Source of the DNA: a virus
Virus record (IMG/VR): IMGVR_UViG_3300032018_000001
Coordinates: 32,001 to 96,000 of that record
Strand: one strand, 5' to 3'
DNA length: 64,000 bases
Shown here: piece after piece, positions 41,158 through 50,262 of the stretch
Position numbering within the stretch: the stretch's first letter is position 1
How the letters are laid out: each line of letters begins with the position of its first letter
Position numbers and translations under genes: made by a program
Notes under the pieces: generated by a model
Told to the model about the DNA's origin: nothing
The model's input: only the letters and a program-made list of their open reading frames with translations
Database searches by the model: none

Positions 41158-41427
41158 ATGGCTGTTATCGGTTCAAAAGCGGAATTACTCGCACTGCAAA
41201 AGAAGTTTGTCACGGATGCAGCAATCGGAATGCAATTCAGTATTACCCGGCAGGCCGTTCATCAGCTTCGCAATAAGTATGGTATCTCTTCTGTTGCGGA
41301 ACGCAACGCCCAGCGGAACAAGGATATTTGCGTGGCCTATAAGAAAGGCACGCCTGTTCCTGAAATTGTCCGCAAGGCCCATGTCAGCATCTCTCAGATT
41401 TACCGTATCATTAAACGGGGAAAGTAA
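41158..41427 (+). CDS. double-HTH DNA-binding protein
   Basis: 'TDAAIGMQFSITRQAVHQLR', 'RNKDI..AYKKG....EI.....VSISQIYRII'. Confidence 0.7.
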   Translation: MAVIGSKAELLALQKKFVTDAAIGMQFSITRQAVHQLRNKYGISSVAERNAQRNKDICVAYKKGTPVPEIVRKAHVSISQIYRIIKRGK

Positions 41428-41454
41428 CGCTGCCAGTTATCAAACGGAGGAGCG

Positions 41455-42366
41455 ATGACTAAGTTTTTCAAGTTTATCTGGGAGCGCATATCCTGGCTGT
41501 TTTCAAATGATTCGTGGCCTGAGCTTACCGCCACAAAGAAGACCAGTGCAGAGCATGATGCCGCATACCGTAAGGGCCTTACTGGGAGTGCTGTAGGCAT
41601 GACAGGCCCTGAAGCTTTAGGGCGCGGCCCCGAGGGCGTGACCGGCATTCAAGGTACTATTGGTATGGCCAGTATTCCTCCCGTAACTGCATATCCTGGT
41701 ACATCCGTGTTTCAGGGGATAAGAATAAGCGAAGCAGCTTTTAATGCCGGGCAGAGCATGGCACAGTCTGCAAGTCTTCCTGGAGACAGACCTGACCCTT
41801 CTTGGCTTAAGATTCAGATTACAGACTTGACAAATCTTCCGTGGAATAAAAACGGACAGCGGTGGAAGAAGGATGTGAATTATAAAAAGGACATTGACAC
41901 AATCATAGTCCATCAGTCTGCGTCCGGTAGCAAGGATGACCTGGATGGAATCAATCTGTACCAAATCACCGGCCCAAATCATTTAGGGCCTGAGGGAGCC
42001 CCGCACATCTGCTATGATTACGGAATCCGGAAGAACGGAGAAATCTGTCAGCTGAATGCGCCTGAGGATGTTCTCTGGAGTAATGTTGGTGGCAACATAA
42101 AGGGCATTGCTATTGTGGTAGTAGGAAATTTCACAGCGCACGACCACGAAGGCAAGCTTCTCTACCAGGGAACGGATGAGCCTACGCCTGAGCAAACCAA
42201 AAGCCTTAATCGGTTACTTTATTGGCTTTGTCACGAAAGTGAATTTCATAGCAACCTGAGTGCTTTTCGCGTGTATGGGCATACAGATTTCGGAAAGCCT
42301 ACGTGCCCAGGTGATGTGCTGAATGCCCTGGTTACGGATATAAGACGTGGAGGCTATATTTCATGA
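41455..42366 (+). CDS. N-acetylmuramoyl-L-alanine amidase (Amidase_2)
   Basis: 'TIIVHQS', 'ICYDYGI..NG', 'IVVVGNF', 'EPTPEQ', 'YGHTD...TCPG'. Confidence 0.85.
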   Translation: MTKFFKFIWERISWLFSNDSWPELTATKKTSAEHDAAYRKGLTGSAVGMTGPEALGRGPEGVTGIQGTIGMASIPPVTAYPGTSVFQGIRISEAAFNAGQSMAQSASLPGDRPDPSWLKIQITDLTNLPWNKNGQRWKKDVNYKKDIDTIIVHQSASGSKDDLDGINLYQITGPNHLGPEGAPHICYDYGIRKNGEICQLNAPEDVLWSNVGGNIKGIAIVVVGNFTAHDHEGKLLYQGTDEPTPEQTKSLNRLLYWLCHESEFHSNLSAFRVYGHTDFGKPTCPGDVLNALVTDIRRGGYIS

Positions 42367-42712
42367 TGCACTTTATTCATGCACACTGGATTATCGCGTT
42401 TATCTGGCTTATCATCGGAATATTCATGGCCGGGTTTGAAATTCAGAAGTCAGAAATTCATGATAAAAATAAAAAGCAAAAAGGCGAGCCTACCAAAGAG
42501 TACACTGCGGGTGTTCGACTTTTGGCTTCAATGATTATTGCTTGTGCGGGCCCCATAACTTTGATTGCTAACTTTGGTGGCTGGTGTTACAGGAGATACA
42601 ACCGCGGCGGAAATAAAAGAAGAATGCTTTGCTGAAAGACGTTCATACAATAAAGTTCGTAAAGAAGAAAAAGAGTGGTTTGACAAATACGAAACAATAT
42701 AATGTGGGATTT

Positions 42713-42789
42713 GGCCAACAGGGGCGGCACGAATCCCGTGCCACCGCAAATTTGCGAGTACGCAAACTTCGGCAAGCAATTTGTTGTCT
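42713..42789 (+). repeat. attC-like site (left arm degenerate)
   Basis: CAAAT-TTGCG..CGCAA-ACTTCGG motif, then GTTGTCT AAAAT. Confidence 0.55.
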
Positions 42790-42841
42790 AAAATAAACCG
42801 GCCAAGACAAGGCCGCCGCCGAAAGGCAGAAAGCGAGAAAA

Positions 42842-43096
42842 ATGGAAGACTGGAAAGAAGCTATCGTGATTATTATCGCCCTGCTTGTTGTTGGCACCTC
42901 TGCCATCAAAGGGTGCCAAACTGTTTATGAAACTGACGCGAAGGTATCTATTACCGCGATGGAAAAGGGCTACACTCATGCAACGGTTAATGGGTCGTCA
43001 ATGATTGTGTGGGTAAAAAAGACGGCGGCGGAAGAGGCCGGTTTACTTCAGACAACAAACGCAAGCCCGGCTCACTCAACCGCAAATGCTAAATAA
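42842..43096 (+). CDS. cassette-encoded small membrane protein
   Basis: N-terminal hydrophobic helix; reads into the attC site. Confidence 0.6.
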   Translation: MEDWKEAIVIIIALLVVGTSAIKGCQTVYETDAKVSITAMEKGYTHATVNGSSMIVWVKKTAAEEAGLLQTTNASPAHSTANAK

Positions 43097-43160
43097 TGGA
43101 TAGGCGGTTTCGTTCGCCCAAATGCGCTATGCGCACTTCGGGCTTGCGCATCCGTTGGGC
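43050..43160 (+). repeat. attC-like site
   Basis: R'' AGACAAC; arms CGCAAGCCCG/CGGGCTTGCG; CAAAT-GCGC TAT GCGC-ACTT; R' GTTGGGC. Confidence 0.8.
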
Positions 43161-43319
43161 AAAATAAAACTACGCGCAAGGCAAAGAAGCGCGGCTTTCA
43201 GCCTCGGAGGAAATAAAATGGAACAAGAAAAATGCAAAAACACAATCTGTAAATACAATAACGATGGACACTTGATTGGAACTATGTTGCGAAAGAAAAA
43301 GAGCGCGTAGTTTTAAATC

Positions 43320-43377
43320 GCCCAACAACCGGCTTGGCGGCTCCGGTGGACAAGCCACCTACGACCCAACGTTGTGC
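43320..43377 (+). repeat. short/degenerate attC-like site
   Basis: R'' GCCCAAC; GGCTTG/CAAGCC arms; R' GTTGTGC. Confidence 0.65.
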
Positions 43378-43425
43378 GCAAAATTGGCCGAAAGACATTA
43401 AAGGCATCGCGCCGGAAAGACAAAA

Positions 43426-43728
43426 ATGATAAAAACAAAGTTGGTGCAAAAGATAGGTGAATTTAATCTTGAGAAAAGAGTGGTAGTGAATCCCCCGTAC
43501 ACGGTTTACGGGCACAGCACATTATTGCCGTCATTTTCTATGTCTATGAAGGTTGGTGGGCTTCGGAAAATGTTGGTCGGGTTAGCTGACGAAGATTCTT
43601 TCGGAATAACTGTATCCGATAAAATGACAGAATACACCATTGTAAAGAAATTAAAGACCGGCGCGAAATCATCGGCCAATTCAGCGCACAACAAACCCCA
43701 TGCCGGTTCATTCGGCGGGAGAGAATAG
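43426..43728 (+). CDS. cassette-encoded hypothetical protein
   Basis: ORF between attC-like sites. Confidence 0.55.
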   Translation: MIKTKLVQKIGEFNLEKRVVVNPPYTVYGHSTLLPSFSMSMKVGGLRKMLVGLADEDSFGITVSDKMTEYTIVKKLKTGAKSSANSAHNKPHAGSFGGRE

Positions 43729-43799
43729 ATAATGGAAAACCCGCCTCATTCACCCAAATGCGCCAGGAGCGCACTTCGGCATGGGGCGGTCCGTTGTGT
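43686..43799 (+). repeat. attC-like site
   Basis: R'' GCACAAC; arms CCCCATGCCG/CGGCATGGGG; CAAAT-GCGC..GCGC-ACTT; R' GTTGTGT. Confidence 0.8.
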
Positions 43800-43858
43800 T
43801 CAATTAAACCGTGCCAATACCAAAGGCACAACGCGGCCAAGGCCGCTGAAAGGATAAG

Positions 43859-44101
43859 ATGGAGCAAAAATCTTTTTGGATGATTGAAAAGCCTATCAAC
43901 GGTGTCGCTCATTGGTGGGTACGCAGAGAAGGGCAAAACGAATACTGGGATAACCCAGACCGATGGACAACTGATCCCAGTAAGGCACGGCATTACCTTT
44001 CCGTAGAAGAAGCTCTGCACGTTATGGGCCATGACATGATTGGTTGCATTGCAACTGAACATCTCTGGATGGACAAAGAAACAAAGGCAGGCACGGTTTA
44101 A
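43859..44101 (+). CDS. cassette-encoded hypothetical protein
   Basis: 'WMIE...WTTDPSKA......EA...ATEH.W'. Confidence 0.6.
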   Translation: MEQKSFWMIEKPINGVAHWWVRREGQNEYWDNPDRWTTDPSKARHYLSVEEALHVMGHDMIGCIATEHLWMDKETKAGTV

Positions 44102-44137
44102 CTAAACGCCGGTTACACCGGCTGAAAGGCGGAGCAG

Positions 44138-44410
44138 ATGAAAAATTATGAGATGTTTGAGCCAAAATTCAAGATGCATGACATCCTGAAAGATACCACA
44201 AACGGAATGAAAGGTAAGTGTCTCGGTGTCACATTTTATTCTACGGGATGTATTCATTATGGGCTTGCCCCTCTCAAGGCAAAGCCGGACGGAACGCAAC
44301 CGGACTGGTTCTGGCTTGATGAAACACGGGTTGGCTTGGTTCAGTCGGCAAAAATTCAGAAGTTGGAAAAACCACATTCCGGGCCGGATATGAATCCGAG
44401 AATGCAATAA
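44138..44410 (+). CDS. cassette-encoded hypothetical protein
   Basis: 'KD..NG.KG...G..FY.TGC.HYGL.P.....W.DE'. Confidence 0.6.
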   Translation: MKNYEMFEPKFKMHDILKDTTNGMKGKCLGVTFYSTGCIHYGLAPLKAKPDGTQPDWFWLDETRVGLVQSAKIQKLEKPHSGPDMNPRMQ

Positions 44411-44432
44411 AGGCAGCGCAACTTTTAACTAA

Positions 44433-44530
44433 ACACAACAAACTAAAGGGCGGATCACATGCTCGCATGTTCGACCTACATGGTTTTAAAAATTGATTAT
44501 GGGAAAAACCACGTCGCCCTTAGGTTATGG
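44433..44530 (+). repeat. attC-like site (array right end)
   Basis: R'' ACACAAC; arms CTAAAGGGCG/CGCCCTTAG; G|TTATGG. Confidence 0.65.
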
Positions 44531-44704
44531 CGACATCGCAGGCGGGGAATGTGTTGTCGGGTGCGACGCAGAGGCTAAGGTTGTATCAATCGAAATCCTT
44601 GAGGATGGAAAAGTCATAGACAGTTTCAAAGCTTAAAAAGGCAGTCTGAGCCGTGGGTGCGCAATCGTGCCCCTGCGCAGCGCACATCTTGCCCGGCATC
44701 TTTT

Positions 44705-44759
44705 TTCGCGGCTGATGAGGTAGTAACGCCACCGAAACGCCTTAAAGGCGTACCGCGGA
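44705..44759 (+). ncRNA. type I hammerhead ribozyme
   Basis: stem I TTCGCGG/CCGCGGA, core CTGATGA, stem II GGT/ACC, GAAA, stem III CGCCT/AGGCG, GTA cleavage triplet (cut after 44752). Confidence 0.85.
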
Positions 44760-45413
44760 GTGGCCCACGCCGGGGAATAACTGGCCACCAGGGGGCACGG
44801 CTCAGGCTGCTTAGTTTATACTTAAAAAGGAGTGTGTATGGAAGAGAGAACAGAAGTTGATGTTAAGAAGATGAGCGCTGATGATTTTATCAGCAAACTT
44901 CGGGTGCCCCCTTGCCGCGGTCTCATGGGCAAGATTTTCGGTCACAATTTTGTGGAGGCCATTAACCAGGATACTGCCGGGCTTTCCCCGGAGCAGCTGG
45001 CTCACATTGTCGAAGCCTGCATTGACCCTACAATGGATATGGTCACGGTACGGCATCTCATTTCTACCACGGAGCCGGGTACTACACTTGTCAAGGCTAT
45101 CTACTGCACGCGCTGCGGGGAGGAGAAGAGCGTCAATGGAAATGGCAATTCGGGCAAGTAAGCAGGAAATACTTGACAATTACGGTACGCTTGAGCTGAA
45201 TTTTGTTCGGGAGCGGCATGGGATATTCTGGTATGCAAATACCATACAGAAGTTTTTTCCTGTTGCAGAGCCTGCTCTTGAATTCACAGCCAGCATAGGC
45301 TACCCATTGACGCCGAAAGTTACCGTCCGGTATTTCATAGAAGAGGGGGAAAACATTTCCATCATCAAAAAAGACACCGGAGCATTTCTCTATGTTCAAA
45401 CACGGAGCTGACT

Positions 45414-46079
45414 GTGAAAACAAGAGCGGAGCTTGCAGCTATTTGGGAGTTTGGTTTTCTTGTTTTATTTATTATACTGGCTGGCTGGCTGGCCTTAATG
45501 GTTAAAAAGCAGCAAGTCACCATTGATGCAGCAGAAAGGATTGCTCAGGTGTACAAAGCAGATTCGGTAGAGCTTCACGCTATCAAGGCCACACTCATGC
45601 TGGCCTATGACCTGTCAGACCCAGAGGCGGAATTTTTCGGGTACTGGTTTAACAAAAAATCCAAGCAGTTCAGTATTCCGTGGATGACCTTTGCTGCGGT
45701 TGCTAAGGTTGAATCAGGCTACAATCCCACTGCTACCTCTGAGGCCGGTGCCAAGGGGTACATGCAGATGCTTGATACCACACACCAAGAGCAGTGTCAA
45801 AAGCTGGGTATTCCATTTGTGAAGGGTAAGACTCCATGGATTGATGTAATCAATGTCGTGTGCGGTAGCAACTACTTGGCTGAATCAAAGGATACTACTT
45901 TTGAGGTCATGGTTAAACGCTATCTGGCACCGCTGCATGCTAAGATAAAAAAGCAAGCCAAGAAAGAGCCTGAGAATGTTCAGCTGCAAAAGAAGGCTGC
46001 TACGATTGAGCAGTACTACCATGACGTGCGCCGGGAATTTATGCTGCTGAGCGCTATCTATACCGGGATTAAAAAATGA
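45414..46079 (+). CDS. membrane-anchored lytic transglycosylase (SLT)
   Basis: N-terminal TM; 'AVAKVESGYNPTATSEAGAKGYMQML', 'N...G..YL'. Confidence 0.85.
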   Translation: MKTRAELAAIWEFGFLVLFIILAGWLALMVKKQQVTIDAAERIAQVYKADSVELHAIKATLMLAYDLSDPEAEFFGYWFNKKSKQFSIPWMTFAAVAKVESGYNPTATSEAGAKGYMQMLDTTHQEQCQKLGIPFVKGKTPWIDVINVVCGSNYLAESKDTTFEVMVKRYLAPLHAKIKKQAKKEPENVQLQKKAATIEQYYHDVRREFMLLSAIYTGIKK

Positions 46080-46245
46080 TGTGGCTGTGTAATTCTTGTG
46101 CTGTTGCCAGGATAAAGGCTGGCACGTTAAAGCCTCTTAACTACTACTGGCCACCTAATGAGGCCCCGTGGAAAGAGGGCAGCTGCGATGACTGCGGTAA
46201 AACGGAGCACGTATCTAACTGGCCGGTGCCCAAAAGCAATAAGCC

Positions 46246-46608
46246 ATGAAAACAAAGCTTATCGTCATTGAGGACAAAATCCTCATTAAGTATGCAGCCA
46301 CGATTGAGAGCAAAACCCGCGGCGGGATTATTATTCCTGACAAAGAGGATAGGGAAATTATTTGCGGGTACGTCAAGGAACGTGGAGAAGGCACTCCGCA
46401 TTATGATTTTGATTCAGATAGCGCCGGTGTTCCTGGCACAAAGAAGAGCAAGATATTCTATATCCCTCTTAAGGTATCAATAGGTGACATGGTTTATTTT
46501 TTCAGTAGTCGTGCCGCTGACCTTATGGTAGACGGAGAGCGATTTTTTATAACGGAACAGAAAAACATCCTGTTGATTGTTCAGCAGGACATGATGGAAG
46601 GGGTGTAA
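46246..46608 (+). CDS. groES: co-chaperonin GroES
   Basis: 'EDKILIK....ESKTRGGIIIPD', 'G.G', 'VSIGDMV', 'VDGE.......IL'. Confidence 0.85.
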   Translation: MKTKLIVIEDKILIKYAATIESKTRGGIIIPDKEDREIICGYVKERGEGTPHYDFDSDSAGVPGTKKSKIFYIPLKVSIGDMVYFFSSRAADLMVDGERFFITEQKNILLIVQQDMMEGV

Positions 46609-47679
46609 CATGCTACAGATGACCGTTGCTATTCTCATTTTCTTGCTCGGTGCTCCTTTGGGGTACGGCGCTATCAAACTGTTAAAGCTCCTGGGAGCAA
46701 ACATGGTGACACTGGGGGATGTGGCCAAGGCTTACTTTTTTAGCTTCGCCGTATCGCTTGCTGTGGCCTGCTTCATGTATGCTGTTGTCAATTACTATGT
46801 GGTAGAGGCCCGGAAGCGAAAAGAATGCTGCCAGCTCGGATTTGTACAACTGTCAATTTAATATTGGAGAGCGCAATGAGCATTTTGTGGGCCGGGCGGA
46901 CGGTGCCGTAAAGAATGCTCGTTCCTATCTTCAACCGTACATAGTATAACATGCCAAAACTGACACCTTACTATCGGCGTGGAATCGGGAAAACCAGTTG
47001 GTTTCAAATTGGTGGCCGCGTGAGCATGCTTTCCGGGCTCGCTAGGGTGACGCGGTGTTTTTTAAAAGATTAATATTTGTATTTTTATCTTGACTTGCTA
47101 ATGCTCATTTGCTTATATTACTACTAACGAAAAAATAATTTAACAGAAGGAGTGTGTGATGAGTGTGAAGAACGGATGTCCTAACCCGAAGTGCGATGAC
47201 CCCGATTGCAAACTCGGAAAAATCATGCAGAGCGGCGGCCCGCTTACAGCGGAAGAGCGCAAGGCTCAGGATGCCATAACATCACCGGCGAAAGAGGTTG
47301 CTGCCAAATGCAAGATGAGGCCATCACGGGCAGCATCTTAAATTTTGCAAAAGCAGAAAACGCCCGGCAGCAGCTATCATGCTGGGAACTACGGAAAAGA
47401 TTTTAATCCTAGAACGCCTATCTGCGGTGATTGCGAATTGCGAGCGGATTGCCGAAAGACATTTTTGGAGTCATAATGAGTTCAGAATTCAACATCAAAG
47501 TTACGCAGGATAAAAAAGACCCCAGCCTCCTGCACATCACCGGGGGGTATTCCTGCCAAGCTTTTGTTTGAACAGCTGCGTATTGCTACGAATAAGCGTG
47601 CTATTGTTAAGGAAGGCGAGAAAAACTTTCTGGTAATATACGAAGATGACGGATTTACACCTTGGCTAAAAAGGGAATT

Positions 47680-48561
47680 ATGATAACCGAAAAATCTGAA
47701 TTCTCAAAGCAGTGGATTATTCGTACCGGAATTCCTATTGTGGAATCCTATAATGGCAATATTACTCTGCGTGCGCTTCACTATCAGCTGGTTGCTAATG
47801 GGATGACAAACGATATTGCTCACTACAAGAAGGTAGTGAATGCCATGATTGAGGCCCGCTGGAAAGGGCTCGTGGCCTTCGATGCTTTCCTTGACCACGA
47901 AAGAGAGACGCTGGGCTCTACGGATTACGAAGAGACAAACGTGATAGATGCGTCTGACCGGGCCAAAGAACAAATCCGGGCGTGGGCTACCAGTTACCAC
48001 AAAAACCGCTGGGAGAATCAGCCGGTGTATCCGGAGGTCTTTATTGAGAAGAAGGCGCTGCAGGGCGTCTTTGAGGCACCGTGCAAGCACTGGGATGTGG
48101 CGCTGAATCCGTGCAAGGGTTATCCATCGTTGACATTTCAGTACGCATGCAAGAAGCGCTTTGATGAAGCGATTTCATTAGGCAAAGAGCCTATCATTCT
48201 TTACTTTGGCGATTATGATTGTTCCGGGGAAGACATACCGCGGAGCATTGGTGATACGTTTTCTCGCATGGGCACTCCTGTGGAGGTGAGGCGAATTGCA
48301 CTTATGAAAGATCAGGTGATAGCGTGGCGTCTTCCCCCGGCTCCTACAAAACAAGAAGATACGCGGAGCCGCAACTGGGATGGCCTGGGACAGGTAGAGC
48401 TGGACGCTGTAGAGCCCCGCAAGATTGTGAAGCTCTGCGAGAAAGCCATTCAGGATGTTTTCGATGACGGGCTCTGGGAAGAGCTGCAGGATGTACAGGA
48501 AGAAGAACAAGATAAATTCAAAAAGATTCTGAAGCGTGATTTCAAAACACTTCTTGACTAG
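47680..48561 (+). CDS. TOPRIM-domain protein (Topo VI-A/JetD-like)
   Basis: 'TLRALHYQL', 'VFIEKKAL', 'KGYPS', 'LYFGDYDCSG', 'ELDA'. Confidence 0.7.
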   Translation: MITEKSEFSKQWIIRTGIPIVESYNGNITLRALHYQLVANGMTNDIAHYKKVVNAMIEARWKGLVAFDAFLDHERETLGSTDYEETNVIDASDRAKEQIRAWATSYHKNRWENQPVYPEVFIEKKALQGVFEAPCKHWDVALNPCKGYPSLTFQYACKKRFDEAISLGKEPIILYFGDYDCSGEDIPRSIGDTFSRMGTPVEVRRIALMKDQVIAWRLPPAPTKQEDTRSRNWDGLGQVELDAVEPRKIVKLCEKAIQDVFDDGLWEELQDVQEEEQDKFKKILKRDFKTLLD

Positions 48562-48569
48562 GAGATAGC

Positions 48570-49154
48570 ATGAACGGCATACGAAAAGAGAACGACAACG
48601 TGGCGCTGTTTGACCTTGACGGTACGCTGTGCGACTACGACAGCGCCATGCTGAAATCCATGAATGCTATCCGGGCACCCTCTGAGCCTGAGATTAAGCA
48701 TGTCCCTCAGGACGGGATACCTCCTTTCATGCAGGCCCGGATAGACCTGATATGCGCGGATGAGCTCTGGTGGGAAAACATGCCTCCGCTCGCGGCCGGG
48801 TTTGACATCCTTATGGTTGCAAGAGACCTGGGATACCGGCCTATGATTCTGACTCAGGGGCCTAAAAGAAATCCTTATGCATGGTCAGGAAAGAAACGAT
48901 GGGTAGACCGGAACATTGGAGTGAACGTGGACATAACCATTACACGGGACAAGGGGTTGGTTTACGGAAAGGTTATGGTTGACGATTACCCTAAGTACAT
49001 TTTGCGCTGGCTGCAGTGGCGAAAAAATGGGCTGGTCATCATGCCACCGAATGAGGGCAATAAGGATTTCAAACATCCTCAGGTCATCCGGTACGACTGC
49101 AGCGAGAAGCTTCCTGAGATTCATGAAGCAATGAAAAAGAGGTTGTCAAAATGA
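48570..49154 (+). CDS. HAD-family 5'(3')-deoxyribonucleotidase-like protein
   Basis: 'LFDLDGTL', 'K..W', 'DKGLVYGKVMVDD'. Confidence 0.8.
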   Translation: MNGIRKENDNVALFDLDGTLCDYDSAMLKSMNAIRAPSEPEIKHVPQDGIPPFMQARIDLICADELWWENMPPLAAGFDILMVARDLGYRPMILTQGPKRNPYAWSGKKRWVDRNIGVNVDITITRDKGLVYGKVMVDDYPKYILRWLQWRKNGLVIMPPNEGNKDFKHPQVIRYDCSEKLPEIHEAMKKRLSK

Positions 49155-49881
49155 TACTACGCACCGTAAAGGATTTTCAGGACATGCTGCTTTATCGCTT
49201 TGGCCTCTTACCGGATAGCATGTTTATTGCTTCAAGCAGCCCCAGCGTTTTTGTCATCATGTACAAGCAGCGCCTCAGGACTCTGTGGTATCGTAAGAAA
49301 ATAATGGAGGCCATTGCCGAAAGTAAGTTTGTAGGCAACAGGGTGGGAGTATCAATAATCATAGGTATGGTGTAGTATGCTAACTAAATTTGTAGTAGCA
49401 ACCAGCCCCCGGAGAGCAGCGCAAGCAGTCCGCGGTGTGCCTTGGGATGAGAAGTTTGACAGGAAACGCGCTGCTACAATTTTAAAAAGCAGAAACAATG
49501 AAACAACCAACACCTGACTTCGATAAGCCCCTTGACTTACTGGCTTTTATTTATAATAGTTTTGGTATCTGCGGATGCTCGCAGTTTGACGTTATTGTCA
49601 ATGAGCTTAAACGTTTTTTGACGTGGGCGGGCGCTCCTATGGAAAACAGAAGTCTGTACATTACGCTGTATCCGCGTGATGGAATTTTTTATCTGATAGC
49701 AGGAATGCTGGACAGGGCCAAGCTAATAGAGCACGGCACTGCTGTGCGTCATCCGTGGCTTACTGATACTGGTAAGGCTTTTCTTGCTGGGCTTAATAAG
49801 TACGCAGTGGAGCAGATTGACGAAGCTAAAGGTGATGCCTATGATGGTTGCACCTATTAACACACATTAAAAGGAGACAAA

Positions 49882-50262
49882 ATGAGAATCCTACAAATCG
49901 GAACGCAGAAGTACACGCAGGTTATTTGCAAGGATGAGCCTAACAGTGTGAATGGTGGCGGAGCCTGTCATTCCTACGCGGTGCTCCCAACAGAGGCGGA
50001 TTTTAGCAAAGATGCAGCGGGAATACAGCTTGCTACTGTAAACTTTCAAAACGGCCCTATCAAAGAAGCGGGCGTGAACGGGTGCCACAACGAAGACCTG
50101 CTTGCAATCGTCATTGACCGGCTGGAGCATTTCCAGAAGGGCTCCTTTGCTTGCCGGGAGAACGCGCTGGCACTGACCAAGTTGGAAGAGGCGATGCACT
50201 GGCTGCGGCACCGCACAAGCGCCAGGGAGGCCCGCGGCGTAGAAGGCACCAGCCAGAAATAG
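49882..50262 (+). CDS. tad1: Tad1-like (Acb2/Tad1) anti-defence sponge protein
   Basis: 'GGACHSY', 'FQNGP', 'DLLAIVIDRLEHFQKG.F.CRENALALTKLEEAMHW..R...R..RGVEGT'. Confidence 0.8.
   Translation: MRILQIGTQKYTQVICKDEPNSVNGGGACHSYAVLPTEADFSKDAAGIQLATVNFQNGPIKEAGVNGCHNEDLLAIVIDRLEHFQKGSFACRENALALTKLEEAMHWLRHRTSAREARGVEGTSQK

Larger units (their letters stand above)
42783..44530 (+). mobile_element. integron-type cassette array without integrase (CALIN-like), at least 4 complete cassettes
   Basis: each cassette's left GTT core is the exact reverse complement of its own R'': GTTGTCT/AGACAAC, GTTGGGC/GCCCAAC, GTTGTGC/GCACAAC, GTTGTGT/ACACAAC. Confidence 0.8.

Noticed and set aside
44690-44790. HDV-like/theta ribozyme overlapping the hammerhead
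   Set aside because: The CCCGGC/GCCGGG pairing exists, but no proper L3, P1.1 or J4/2 could be built
44657-44860. 67-aa ORF
   Set aside because: It coincides with the structured ribozyme RNA, and its composition reflects GC-rich stems
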